Source of the DNA: Candidatus Saccharimonadota bacterium
GTDB taxonomy: Bacteria; Patescibacteriota; Saccharimonadia; CAILAD01; BJGX01
DNA length: 64,000 nt
Direction of reading: 5' to 3'
Assembly: GCA_046350735.1 (NCBI GenBank)
Contig: JAXLZU010000001.1
Location: 12,530-76,529 of the forward strand
The notes beneath the pieces are model-generated. The model had not been told where the DNA came from. It ran no database searches and saw only the letters and a program-made list of their open reading frames with translations. The first letter of the stretch is position 1. Each line of letters begins with the position of its first letter. The position numbers and the translations under genes were made by a program. Below are positions 24,876 to 36,000 of the stretch, in pieces.

Positions 24876-27155
24876 ATGAAAAAAATCCTCCAAATCCTTA
24901 GCGTACTACTATTGTCGTGCCTGGCGGTAGTGCTTTTTGGTGTAGCAAATCACCAAGAAGCGAAAGCTGATGATTGTGGGGCAATAAATAAATACAACTT
25001 TATTAATGCTTCCGTTATTAAATACTGTGGAGGTGGAGACTACTATTACAGCCCTGCTCTAACAGCAGCAAATTCTGCAGCCGGGTCACCAATCTTTGTT
25101 AAAGGGACATTTGATACTAATACAAAAATCTTTACGCCTGATAGTAGCAACCAGGTTCTTCAGATTATTACTAACCCCAATGATGCTGCACAAACTTTGG
25201 CATGTATAGGTGTAAAAGGAGGTGCACAATCTCCCTGTGACTCAGATAATAATTTACTTGGTGTACAACAAGCTAAGTCAGTAGTGCCAGAATTAAAAGA
25301 TTATTGTGCAGTTACTCAAACAGGAAGTTGTAAAGATATTACGAATGGTCAGACAGTAAGTAATCCTAAAACACCTTTTACCGACAAGATTGGAGAAATA
25401 CAGGGCGCTCAAGCAAAAGTCGGACAAGATGGGGACTGTATTGATAATCCATTAAGTTTTTTCCTGTGCCCATTGTATAGTGCGATAGGCGAAACGGTAG
25501 ATGGACTTAGTAAGTTCTTAGTAGATCAATTAACGATTGAATCTCTAACCGGGCAAGATGCAGGTAGCAATGGGGGTATTACTGGTGGTTTTAATAGGTT
25601 AAGAAACGTTGCAAATTCTGTCTATATATTAATATTCCTCATAATAATATTCTCTAATTTTGTTAATTTTGGATTAGAGAATTATACAGTCAAGAAACTT
25701 CTGCCGCGACTCATAGCCGCGATAATTTTAACCCAATTTGCTTTTTTAATTTGTACATTATTAGTTGACTTTTCAAATGTGTTGCTTGCAACCATACCTT
25801 CTATTATTCAGGGGGCAAACCCTAAAAGCTTAGGGGAGTCAGTGCAAAGTAATTTCGCAACTTTGGTCAATCAACAAGGTACAAATGGTGCTGCAGCAGC
25901 ATTAAATGGGCTAGTAACTGGTATGGCATATTTTGTTTTGATTTTGATTTTAGCAGTTCTCGCATTAGTAATTATAATAATCGCACTTGCATATATAGTA
26001 TTTCGTAATATATTTCTTATTATTCTTGTGTTCCTCAGTCCATTAGCAATCGCAGCTTGGGTATTACCACAAACCCAAACTTATGCAAAAAAATGGTTTA
26101 CATGGTTTATTAAGCTACTCTTAATGGGGCCAATAATAGGCTTGATACTTTCAGTTGTTGTCGTAGTCCAGCAAATATTTCAGAGTTCAAATAATAAATT
26201 TTTATTAGCTATCTCAGTGTTTGTGCCGTTTTTTGGATTAGCAATCATACCAAAATCTCTAAAATGGAGTGGGGATGTTATGAGTGCAACTGGCAGTTTA
26301 GTTACAAAATCTGCGGTTGGCAAAGCCGCTGGTGGTGCTGTTAAAAAGAGTGCAAAAGAAGGCACTATAGCCGAGAAGAGTGGTAAAGCTATTGAATCCT
26401 TTGGTAAGCGCACAGGTAGTGTTGCTCTTGAGGCTAGAGGAGCACAGCTTAGCAAAGTAAAAGCTGGAATTGCCCGAGAACGTATCTCTAAGCTCAGTCT
26501 TGATAGACAAATTGAATTGGCAAGCAAGGGTAAGGGGAACTCCAAAGCACTTGCACAAGCTGCTATTAATGAGAAGCGTCAGCAGTTATTAAATTACAGA
26601 AATCTAGATGGTCAACAGCTGAGAGACCTGGAACGTTTGCATGGTAAATCAGATGCAGATATCGCTGCGCAATATGGGTTAAATATTGAAGATGGCAAGG
26701 TTAAACCTCAATATGATAATACAGGCCAATTAATAGCAGGGGACCCTAACAACGTTAGCTACAACAATCCATATTGGAATAGTGGGGGCCAAACCGGACC
26801 ACAACCGGGTACCGGCACTAACACTGCTACACCAGCAGCCCCAACCCCTCCCGCAGGAGCCACACCCGGTGGCGGAGGCGGCGGAAGACCAGCACCTGCC
26901 GCTGCGCCCGGAGGAACAGGAACCTCAGGTACCGCAACGCCTGGTACCGGAGCAGGTCCCGGCCAGGCTCGCAGCTCAGCAGCACAGTTTAATCGTGGAG
27001 CAAGAGCAGGGCGAGCTGCAACAGGTTCTAGCGCTGCACCGCTTTCTAACCCGAATGCTACACCTCCACCAAATCCAGCCGGTGGGCCTCCTGGCGGAGG
27101 TGGCACACCGCCAGCACCTCCAGCCGGGCCACCACCAGGTTTCCCCGGGCCATAA
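24876..27155 (+). CDS. VirB6/TrbL-like polytopic T4SS membrane protein with Cys-rich N-terminal ectodomain and Pro/Gly/Thr-rich low-complexity C-terminal tail
   Basis: Signal peptide, ~230-aa Cys-containing ectodomain, 5-6 TM helices (LLPRLIAAIILTQFAFLICTLLVDF...), K-rich cytoplasmic region. C-terminus PAPAAAPGGTGTSGTATPGTGAGPG...PPGGGGTPPAPPAGPPPGFPGP is encoded by a local GC-rich tract (26750-27155). Shares LSFFLCPLY motif with downstream paralog. Confidence 0.55.
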   Translation: MKKILQILSVLLLSCLAVVLFGVANHQEAKADDCGAINKYNFINASVIKYCGGGDYYYSPALTAANSAAGSPIFVKGTFDTNTKIFTPDSSNQVLQIITNPNDAAQTLACIGVKGGAQSPCDSDNNLLGVQQAKSVVPELKDYCAVTQTGSCKDITNGQTVSNPKTPFTDKIGEIQGAQAKVGQDGDCIDNPLSFFLCPLYSAIGETVDGLSKFLVDQLTIESLTGQDAGSNGGITGGFNRLRNVANSVYILIFLIIIFSNFVNFGLENYTVKKLLPRLIAAIILTQFAFLICTLLVDFSNVLLATIPSIIQGANPKSLGESVQSNFATLVNQQGTNGAAAALNGLVTGMAYFVLILILAVLALVIIIIALAYIVFRNIFLIILVFLSPLAIAAWVLPQTQTYAKKWFTWFIKLLLMGPIIGLILSVVVVVQQIFQSSNNKFLLAISVFVPFFGLAIIPKSLKWSGDVMSATGSLVTKSAVGKAAGGAVKKSAKEGTIAEKSGKAIESFGKRTGSVALEARGAQLSKVKAGIARERISKLSLDRQIELASKGKGNSKALAQAAINEKRQQLLNYRNLDGQQLRDLERLHGKSDADIAAQYGLNIEDGKVKPQYDNTGQLIAGDPNNVSYNNPYWNSGGQTGPQPGTGTNTATPAAPTPPAGATPGGGGGGRPAPAAAPGGTGTSGTATPGTGAGPGQARSSAAQFNRGARAGRAATGSSAAPLSNPNATPPPNPAGGPPGGGGTPPAPPAGPPPGFPGP

Positions 27156-27162
27156 AAACCCT

Positions 27163-27196
27163 ATCGTTATTTGATAGGGTTTTATCTTTATCCATT
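27163..27196 (+). terminator. intrinsic terminator after first VirB6-like gene
   Basis: aaaaaccctatc-gttatttg-atagggtttt followed by atcttt. Confidence 0.55.
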
Positions 27197-27346
27197 ATAC
27201 TAGTACAAAAACATTTACTTTATTATATAGTTCTGATATAATTACTCATTAACTCTCCAGATAGAGTCTCGGTTAAAAAATTCGAGAGTTAATATCTGCA
27301 AGATAATAAGCCAAATGGCTACAAAAGAGTTAGTGAGTACTATGTA

Positions 27347-29314
27347 ATGGCAAACAAATCTACAAAATTTGCCCGTATATTCTCTGCGCGAAAAAGTATT
27401 ATTGTCGTGTCGCTTTTGGTTATGCTAATATCTAGTATTTTGCCGGCTGTTGCAACTGCCGCACCAGATACACAACAGACAACTAATACTTCAACCACAC
27501 AGGCAGTTAACTCAGTACAACCAACTACTCCAACCACCATCACCCAAACCACTGTGCCAGATAGCCCAGATAGCATGCAGACCTGCGACCAAGCTGCCGG
27601 GCCACTAAGCTTCTTCTTGTGCCCACTCTATGCCATGATAATGAAGGGTATTAATTGGTTGGCAGGGCCAGACGATAGTATCTTGGTACAGATGCTGCGT
27701 GTCCCACCATTGCAATTTACTAAAGACGTTGGGCTTAGCCGTGCCTATGGCAACATATTAGCATTTGTAAATAGCTTATTTATATTAGTCTTCTTAGTAA
27801 TTATTATTCTTAGTCTCATAAAAGACTTTAGTTTTTTAGAAAATTATCATCTCAAACAAACTCTGCCAAGGCTTATTGCAGCAATTATCTTGGCACAATT
27901 TGGATATCTTATATGTGCAGCACTGGTAGATATTGGTAATATTCTTGGCGCTCTGGCTCCTCAAACCTTAGCTGCTGGGGTACTTGGTACAAATGCCAAG
28001 CTGCCAGGATTGGCTGATAGTATTGTTGGTCTACTTGCATTTGGCAATGCAAAGGCAGTAGGTACTGGTACTGCAGTGGTTACGAATGTACTCTTTGGTG
28101 GCGGTACCGGTATTGTATTTATCTTAATGTTCTTAATGGCAATTGCCGTGCTCTTTGCATTATTGCTTGCTTTTATTTATATGGTGGCACGTAATTTAAT
28201 AATTGTCTTACTTGTACTAGCAGCACCATTAGCCTTCTTGGCCTGGGTATTACCGGGTACACAAAGCTTCTTCTTTAGATGGGGAAGAAATCTTATTAAG
28301 CTAATTATGATGTATCCTCTTGTAGTAATCGTTATTACAACCGCTGAGATACTAGCGTTTCTTTTGCAACATCCAAGTCTCGACCCAAATGTCTATACCG
28401 ATAATAGACTGTATCTATTAATTGGTGGTTTGATACCGTTTATTGCATTATTAATGATTCCAAAACTACTTAAACTCTCAGGCGATATCATGGAGGTAAC
28501 TGGTGGTGCTGTGGCCGGCTTTGTGGCTGGCAAGGTAGCTAGTAAGGGTATGGAAAGTGGAAGGAATGCACATGCCGGTGCAAGAGATAGGCTTGCCCAG
28601 TCTAAATTTGGCCAAGAGAACCGCTTTGGCCGAGCTATGGCAGGTGGTGGTACTATGGCCCTCGTTTCGCCAAACAATACTAAATCAATCAAACGATTGG
28701 GTGAAGCCCGGAAACGTGCCAATGCAGAATACGAAAGTGCTGCCAACCTTGGCACTGATGATGAGCTAAAAGCAATGCTTGGCCACAAAGATACAGTGGC
28801 TCGCCAAAATGCTATTATTGGTTTGGCCAAACGTGGCAAGCGCGACATTATTGCCGAAGGTCTGCAGTCTGGTCAAATAAAACCTATTGATATGACTGCC
28901 TTAAAAAATGCTAAATTCGATAGTATGGATTCGATGCCAGACTTACGAAGCTGGGAATTCGAGACTGATCCTGCCAAAGGTACACCAGGTGTTCCAAATT
29001 CCTTCTATACTAATCTAAACGCTGGTGGCTGGGCAGGTGCAAATGGTGCAACTCAGCAAGATTGGACTATGAACCGTGTCTTTAACCAAGCGAAAAATAA
29101 ATATGAATATGTTGGTTATTCTGCCCAAAAGATTCAACGATTTAAAGCTAGTCAGTTAGAGTCTATTTTGCAAGATAAAGAAGTGCGTAAGAAAATGGAC
29201 GAAACTGTTCGACAAGAACTCTTTAATTACGCACAGGCCAATGGCGGAATTCATGGTAATGACCATGCTAAAGCTATTATGAATAATATGACCAATACCG
29301 GGTCATGGTCGTAA
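27347..29314 (+). CDS. VirB6/TrbL-like polytopic T4SS membrane protein, paralog 2
   Basis: Signal peptide, T-rich linker, CDQAAGPLSFFLCPLY motif. TM core LPRLIAAIILAQFGYLICAALVDIGNIL... is collinear with paralog 1. Cytoplasmic C-terminal domain. Confidence 0.55.
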   Translation: MANKSTKFARIFSARKSIIVVSLLVMLISSILPAVATAAPDTQQTTNTSTTQAVNSVQPTTPTTITQTTVPDSPDSMQTCDQAAGPLSFFLCPLYAMIMKGINWLAGPDDSILVQMLRVPPLQFTKDVGLSRAYGNILAFVNSLFILVFLVIIILSLIKDFSFLENYHLKQTLPRLIAAIILAQFGYLICAALVDIGNILGALAPQTLAAGVLGTNAKLPGLADSIVGLLAFGNAKAVGTGTAVVTNVLFGGGTGIVFILMFLMAIAVLFALLLAFIYMVARNLIIVLLVLAAPLAFLAWVLPGTQSFFFRWGRNLIKLIMMYPLVVIVITTAEILAFLLQHPSLDPNVYTDNRLYLLIGGLIPFIALLMIPKLLKLSGDIMEVTGGAVAGFVAGKVASKGMESGRNAHAGARDRLAQSKFGQENRFGRAMAGGGTMALVSPNNTKSIKRLGEARKRANAEYESAANLGTDDELKAMLGHKDTVARQNAIIGLAKRGKRDIIAEGLQSGQIKPIDMTALKNAKFDSMDSMPDLRSWEFETDPAKGTPGVPNSFYTNLNAGGWAGANGATQQDWTMNRVFNQAKNKYEYVGYSAQKIQRFKASQLESILQDKEVRKKMDETVRQELFNYAQANGGIHGNDHAKAIMNNMTNTGSWS

Positions 29315-29376
29315 GACAGAGTTAAAGCATAAGCCTCATCTTGCCACTCAAGATATAATACGGCATACTTATAGAT

Positions 29377-30198
29377 ATGGGTCAGTATAAAGTTCCTCAA
29401 GATGTCGAAACCGAAGATAAAATCTTAGGGCCACTTTCTGTTAAGCAATTTATCTATGTAATTATTGGTGTACTCTGGGCATTTTTAATGTGGCGATTGT
29501 TTAGTTGGTTCTTGCCACTCGCTGCAATCTTAGCCCTGCCAGTAACTGGTTTTATGTTACTACTTGGTTTTGGTCAGCGCGAAGGTGTGCCATTTGAAGA
29601 CTATGTAGTGGCATTTATTCGCTTTTTAGTCTTACCGCGTAAATTAGAATGGCAGAAAGACGATACCAAAGAAACTATTACCAAAGATTTGGCTCCTAAA
29701 GAATCTAACGAGCCAACCCAAAAGAACGTTACTAAAGGTCAATTAAAACAGTTAGCAAGTATTATCGATACACGTGGTGGTGGTAAAGACTCAAGCATTC
29801 AATTACAAGAAAATGATACCGCAGCCGAATATGCCTCGCGCGTTATTGGTCCTCAATCGGCCGGCCCCAGTGGTGCTGTAGTAACGGTACAGAATCAATT
29901 TGCCACTCCAAAAGATGATATTTTTGAAGACACCCAACAGTCACAGGGTGTAGGACAGCTTTTACAAAATGCTGAGGTCGATGCACGCCAACAAGCAGTT
30001 GCGCAAGTACAGACTGTATTAGCCAACCCAACAGCTGCTGCTCCGTCACCTCAACCAGCCTCTGCACCAAATCCTGCAGCAGCACTATTGGCTCGTAAAA
30101 ATAGCAATTTACCTGTTGCCACGGTCGCAAGGCGCGCCGCCGAACAACAACTTAGTCCTGGTGAAGTAGTACAGTTAAGACAGGGTGGTGCACAATAA
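29377..30198 (+). CDS. small bitopic membrane protein with Q/A-rich tail; VirB3-like by position/topology (upstream of VirB4)
   Basis: Two N-terminal TM helices (FIYVIIGVLWAFLMWRLFSWFLPLAAILALPVTGFMLLLGF) followed by a hydrophilic tail. Gene-order argument only. Confidence 0.3.
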   Translation: MGQYKVPQDVETEDKILGPLSVKQFIYVIIGVLWAFLMWRLFSWFLPLAAILALPVTGFMLLLGFGQREGVPFEDYVVAFIRFLVLPRKLEWQKDDTKETITKDLAPKESNEPTQKNVTKGQLKQLASIIDTRGGGKDSSIQLQENDTAAEYASRVIGPQSAGPSGAVVTVQNQFATPKDDIFEDTQQSQGVGQLLQNAEVDARQQAVAQVQTVLANPTAAAPSPQPASAPNPAAALLARKNSNLPVATVARRAAEQQLSPGEVVQLRQGGAQ

Positions 30199-30247
30199 AA
30201 GACCACCTGTAAAACACTCGTGTTTTCTTATATAATAAAAGATTACT

Positions 30248-31111
30248 ATGACAGAAAATCAACCACCCCAATTAACCCCTGGTCAGCGTGAATACGTTAA
30301 TTCAGTAACGCCGCCCAAAAAATCCAAAAACAAGCAATTAAGCACCCAAGCTCATTTGCAATTTTCGGAAATAAAAGATGGGGTAGTAATTATGCGCGAT
30401 GGTAGCTTGCGTATGGTAATTCTATGTAGTCCAACCAACTTCGACCTCAAAAGTCCTGCCGAAAAAGATGCTGTTGAGTTTGCTTTTCAGGGCTTCTTAA
30501 ATGGCCTTCATTTTCCTATTCAAATTGTTATACAATCTCGCCGTATCGACCTCGATGGGTATTTAGAAAAACTCGAGAAAATCCAGAGTGATCAGCCTAA
30601 CCCACTTCTTTCTAGCCTTATGGAAGACTATATCTACAATATTCGTGGTCTTTTAGAAGAAGTGAATATTATGGAGAAAAGATTTTATGTGGTGGTACCA
30701 TACTATGTGGCCGGGGTTAGTAAAGAAAATATTCTTACCAAATTAAAAGGCGTGTTCTCAAATGAAGAAGCAACCCAAACAGTTGGTGAATACGAAAAAC
30801 GTAAAAACGAGCTTGTACAGAGAACGAATCAAGTAGCTCAGGGCTTGGCCCAGGTGGGAGTACGCTCGGTTATTCTTAACACCCAAGAAATAATTGAGTT
30901 ATTCTATAACTCCTATAATATTGATGAGTCACAAAATCAATCGCTGGCTGATGTTTCGCAAATTAATGCACCTGCTGTTACCCGCAAGGGTGGTCCAGCC
31001 ACGCTGCATCCACCTACCCCACAAGAAGCCATGCCAGATGATCTATTTTCGGCGGCGCAAAAACAAGCTATGCAAAATCAGAATCCACAAAATCAAGGAG
31101 TACCACAATAA
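30248..31111 (+). CDS. T4SS protein resembling a VirB4 N-terminal-type domain (possible split VirB4 partner), translationally coupled to VirB4
   Basis: KDGVVIMRDGSLRMVILCSPTNFDLKSPAEKDAVEFAFQGFLNGL..IQIVIQSRRIDLDGYLE resembles VirB4/TrbE N-terminal blocks. Stop TAA overlaps the VirB4 ATG (TAATG at 31109-31113). Confidence 0.35.
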   Translation: MTENQPPQLTPGQREYVNSVTPPKKSKNKQLSTQAHLQFSEIKDGVVIMRDGSLRMVILCSPTNFDLKSPAEKDAVEFAFQGFLNGLHFPIQIVIQSRRIDLDGYLEKLEKIQSDQPNPLLSSLMEDYIYNIRGLLEEVNIMEKRFYVVVPYYVAGVSKENILTKLKGVFSNEEATQTVGEYEKRKNELVQRTNQVAQGLAQVGVRSVILNTQEIIELFYNSYNIDESQNQSLADVSQINAPAVTRKGGPATLHPPTPQEAMPDDLFSAAQKQAMQNQNPQNQGVPQ

Positions 31112-32985
31112 TGGCATTCAAAAAAACGGCCCAACCCAAACTTACTCCTGCCCAGCAAGCCCAAATGGCTCGTCAAGAACAGGCTGAGCAAATTTATCGC
31201 CAAGGTGTCGTTACCTTGCGCGACGTTATTGCACCAAGCTCAATAGAGGTAGAAGCTAACTTTATAAAAATTGGTACTCGTTACGCACGTACACTCTTTG
31301 TATATGCATATCCACGAAGTCTGTTTACTGGTTGGCTTAGCCCTGTAATAAATATTGATGAAGTGGTAGATATTAGTCTAAATATCGAACCTGTCGAGAG
31401 TAGGGTGGTACTAGAAAACCTCAAAAAGAAAGTTGGCCAACTAGAAGCTAACTATTCGATTAATGCAGAGAAAGGAAAAGTACGCGACCCAGGACTAGAG
31501 GCAGCAATTTCAGATGCCGAAGAGTTACGAGACAAATTGCAAGTGGGCGAAGATAGATTCTTCCGTCTGGGTGTTTATCTAACTGTCTATGGCAAAAGTT
31601 TGGACGACCTAGACCAGGTGGTAAAAAAAATTGAATCTATTCTAGGTCAAGAACTTATTTATACCAAACCAAGCACTATTCAAATGGAACAAGGTTTTAA
31701 TTCAACCTTACCTATTGGCCTCGATCAACTTAGTATTAATCGCAATATGGATACTGGTGCAATTGGTACAAGCTTTCCGTTTACCACTGCTAATTTAAGT
31801 AACGAAGAGGGAATATTGTATGGCATTAATCGCCACAACAATGGTTTGGTACTGTTTGATCGTTTTAGTCTAGAAAATGCCAATATGGTAGTATTTGCCA
31901 AATCTGGTGCAGGTAAATCATTTGCTGTTAAGCTTGAGGCGTTAAGAAGCTTAATGTTTGGCACAGAAATTATTATTGTCGATCCAGAAAATGAATATAA
32001 GAGCCTTTGTGAGGCAGTGGGTGGCAGCTTCTTACAACTTAGCCTTACTAGTAATACACATGTTAATCCATTTGAACTTCCCCGAACAGTTGACCCAGAA
32101 GAAGCCGATAATGCCTTGCGGGCAAACATTATTATGCTACATGGTCTTTTACGTCTAATGATGGGTGATATGAGTGCAGCCGAAGAATCAGATTTAGATG
32201 TTGCTCTTATTGCCACGTATGCGCAAAAAGGTATTACTAACGACCCGCTCACCCATACTGCCGAGCCACCAGTAATGGCTGATTTGTACAACACTCTCAA
32301 TACTACCGGAGGAAATGGACCAGCTCTCGCCGCCCGCTTGCGTCGCTATACAGAAGGAACGTTTTCTGGCATATTCTCACAGCAAAGTAATGTAGATCTG
32401 AATAATCCATTTGTAGTCTTTAATATTCGTGATCTCGAAGACGAATTGCGACCAATTGGTATGTATATTGTTCTTAATTATATTTGGAACAAAGTAAAAT
32501 CCGAGAAGAAGAAACGTATCTTGATTGTTGATGAAGCCTGGCAACTCATGCAATACCAAGACTCAGCAATGTTTATGTTTTCTATTGCTAAGCGCTGCCG
32601 CAAATACTACCTTGGTCTAACAACAATCAGCCAAGATGTAGAAGACTTCTTAAGTACACGTCTGGGCCGGGCAATTGTAAACAACTCTTCTCTGCAGCTT
32701 TTACTCAAGCAAAACCCCGCCGCAGTCGACATTGTTGCCGATACTTTTAAACTAACTTCTGAAGAGAAGAAGCGCTTAAGCCAATTCCCAGTTGGAGAAG
32801 GACTATTCTTTGCTGGGCTAAGCCATATTATAATGAGAATTATTGCCAGTCCTACCGAAGAACAACTTATTACTACCAATCCTAAGGATTTACTTGAGGC
32901 AGGTAAAATAACACAAGCTGAAGCTGGTCAAATTGCCGAACAATCGACCAATGATCGCAGTATCGAAGTAGATAGCGCAGCATAG
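31111..32985 (+). CDS. VirB4/TraE-type T4SS ATPase (Gram-positive style)
   Basis: Walker A FAKSGAGKSFAVK, Walker B ILIVDEAWQL. N-terminal YARTLFVYAYPRSLFTGWLSPV block typical of Gram-positive VirB4 homologs. 624 aa. Confidence 0.8.
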   Translation: MAFKKTAQPKLTPAQQAQMARQEQAEQIYRQGVVTLRDVIAPSSIEVEANFIKIGTRYARTLFVYAYPRSLFTGWLSPVINIDEVVDISLNIEPVESRVVLENLKKKVGQLEANYSINAEKGKVRDPGLEAAISDAEELRDKLQVGEDRFFRLGVYLTVYGKSLDDLDQVVKKIESILGQELIYTKPSTIQMEQGFNSTLPIGLDQLSINRNMDTGAIGTSFPFTTANLSNEEGILYGINRHNNGLVLFDRFSLENANMVVFAKSGAGKSFAVKLEALRSLMFGTEIIIVDPENEYKSLCEAVGGSFLQLSLTSNTHVNPFELPRTVDPEEADNALRANIIMLHGLLRLMMGDMSAAEESDLDVALIATYAQKGITNDPLTHTAEPPVMADLYNTLNTTGGNGPALAARLRRYTEGTFSGIFSQQSNVDLNNPFVVFNIRDLEDELRPIGMYIVLNYIWNKVKSEKKKRILIVDEAWQLMQYQDSAMFMFSIAKRCRKYYLGLTTISQDVEDFLSTRLGRAIVNNSSLQLLLKQNPAAVDIVADTFKLTSEEKKRLSQFPVGEGLFFAGLSHIIMRIIASPTEEQLITTNPKDLLEAGKITQAEAGQIAEQSTNDRSIEVDSAA

Positions 32986-33051
32986 TAAAACCACCTGCAT
33001 ATCTGGTACAATAATACATAGTCTTAGTAACCATAAGAGCTTTGTTTTGCA

Positions 33052-36000
33052 ATGGCAGATAGTTTTGGACCAGATAATTTACCAGATGAAGAGGTAAGTA
33101 AAAAGGTATCTTCGGATTCCGGATTTAGTGCACCAGGTGATTTTGGCGACTTACCCGTATCACCAGTTGGTAATAAATCGGGTAGTAGTCAAAAAAATCG
33201 TATGGGTTATAATGCCGATTCACTCCCTGGAAATGATAAGGTGCCCGGTGGATACAGTAATCTTGCTAATGCTGCCAGTGGCGAAGGAAGTGCGAGTGAT
33301 AAAGCCCAAGAAGCTGGCAGGCAGGCTCTAAAGTCTGCAGCAACTGGAGGTGAGGGTGGCTTACCAGGTGGTGCCGGAAAAGTTCCAGGCTTGGGTGGTA
33401 GTGGCCCAGTTACAAAAGGTGACAAAGAAGCTGAAGCAAAAAAAGGCAATACTGAAAAGAACGTTGATGCCGCAGCAGTGGCAGCAGCTAGCTATTTTGG
33501 TACGCCCGCAGCAGGTGCGGCTGTTGAAAAACTTGGTGGTGTTCGGGGAATCACCAAGAAAGTTGGTGTTATTTCTCTCATACTTCTTGTTCCTTTTGTT
33601 CTGTTAGGTTTTCTAGTTGCATATATTATTAGTAATCCCTGGGAAGCCCTCCAGCATGTTCTTCTCGACAAAAAAACTCGTGAGTTTACCTTACAAGTAG
33701 CTGATAATTGGTCTCAAAATAACGGGTTAGTAAATGGTGCAGTAAAAGTTTCTCAAAAATTAAATGAATTTACATATACTCCAGATGGTAATCACGTAAT
33801 TGCTGCCAATCAAGTGACTAAGCCAGAGCCAGGATCTATAGAGGAAAAGTTTGAGAAAATAGATTGGGCTAAATCACAGTATCAAACATTGCCAAGAAAC
33901 GACTGCCGTTATGATTTTGAGCTACAGCAAGTAATAGGTAGTGATGGAAAGCCCCGTAGTATACCAAAATCTGTACTCGATAAACAAACTGGTAAAACAA
34001 CACCTGTAGATCAGCTTAACAGTAACACTGAGGCTGGATACTGTATTGCGCAGAAATACCCTATATACAATCTTATGTGGCGTCAGCCTATGGCGAGAGA
34101 TATAAATAAAAAAGCTAACCTATATCTTAGCTATGCAGCAAATAAAGATTCAAAAGATGTAAATGGTAGTAATTCTGAAGTCGAAAAATATGTTTATGAC
34201 AAAACTCTCAAGAGAATAACTCCTGTTCCAAAAGATTCGCTAGATTTTGGACCATTCGTTGAGGATATTAATGCGATAGAAAGACAATATGCCTATGAGG
34301 TAAAGATCTGGAATGACGCACATCCAAATGACCTAATACCTTTTGATGAGAGTAAACGTGATATTCCAAAAGGTATGCAAAGAATGTATGACGATATGAA
34401 GAACGGCAAAAGTCCCTATGATATTAATATTGCCGACTATATAAATGTCCCTACTAAAGACACCGCCAATGGTTCTGCCGTAGTTCCGACTGGTATAGCA
34501 ATTAGTATATGTCCATATGTTTTTGCATTTATGGATACAGGAAATAGTGATCCAAATAGAGCCACTGCTGCTGCACATAATGCCCGCCTTGCTATTGAAA
34601 GTCGGTTAAATGGGGCGGAAAGAAGTAGTGCAAAAACACTTACCCTTACAGATACTCGTAAGGCAAATGCACTCAACACTAATGAGAGCAATGTAACAAT
34701 TCAACAAAACGATAATTGGGCCTCTTCAACCGCTTATCAATTGGATGTATATAACCAGCTAAGAGGAAACCAAATGAACCCAGAGGGCACTCATAATCGT
34801 GCATATAACGTACCATTAAATTTAGATAGTGGTCCTATGAATGTTATAAAAAGAGCATGTCCATTGATTGCGGCAGCAGGTAAAGAAACGGGTTCTGGTA
34901 ATTTCTTAGGAAGTATTTTCTCGACACTTACAGGTCTTTTTGGTTCTCTTACGCAGGAAACCGGACAAGACGGTAATCAAATTATGATAAATGGCTATAC
35001 TGATCTAAAAACACAAATCTTAAATAATTCACAAGGTGTATTTAGTAGTACAAGCAGTTTTGGTTTGGAACAAATTATGACTTCATATGTAAGAACTGGT
35101 TCTTCAACCTCGGTGAGCGGTCTCGAGCCTGGCCCTAATAATTATAATCGTCAAAGTATGGGTTTACGTCAATTAATGAACGATTACACACTCGGAATTG
35201 GCGGAAGATTTTTAACCCCTTACGAATCAAGAGATTTAGCGCTGAGAGCAGATAATATCGACAGCAAACTACAAAAAAATAATGGTATTGCTTATAGACT
35301 ATTCAATACAGCTAATATCCATTCATTGGCAAGTATTATTATACAAAATACAACTACGCCCAATACTGCAAAAACCGCAATGATAGGAGGTTTTAAATCA
35401 ATTCTAGATCCGTTATGGTCTCTAGCAGATATTCATAGTGGTGTCTTATTCTACGCAACCGGAGAAAAAAACAATGCCTTAGCAGCAGATATTACAGGAG
35501 ATCAGTATTTTAAGATTGAAACAGCCGGCTTTACACCACAAGAGCTTGCATTAGATCCAATCGATAACGCTCACATTATTGAAGCGGTTAAAAAAAGTAA
35601 TGACGAAAATCAAAAACGGAAATTTTCTCACTATGATCAATGCTTTAAAGCAAAAATTCCAACAGCGTTATATTTTGAAATTAAAGAAAGAGAAGTTAGG
35701 GATGATAAAGGTACCCTTACTGGCTATAAGAGATATTTCACTTATTATCCAGATAAATCTGTCGATCTTAATCTAGATAAACAACCTATAAATGATTCTC
35801 CAGATTCAGAATTTAATAAATTTAATGACTGTAAATTTCTTCTACAGGAAGCTAAAGACCTAAACAACCCTAATCAGTTACTCGCAATTCGATATCGTCT
35901 CTATAACTATTACAATACCCAATTAGATTATTTAGGTAAGCTTAGTAGCGACCAGAGCGACACAAGTATCTATGCTGGCAGCTCGGGTGGTAGTGGGTCA

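Noticed and set aside
26759-27174. ORFs 26759..27106(-) and 26782..27174(+) rich in P/G/A
   Set aside because: Alternative-frame readings of the GC-rich DNA encoding the Pro/Gly-rich C-terminal tail of the first VirB6-like gene.
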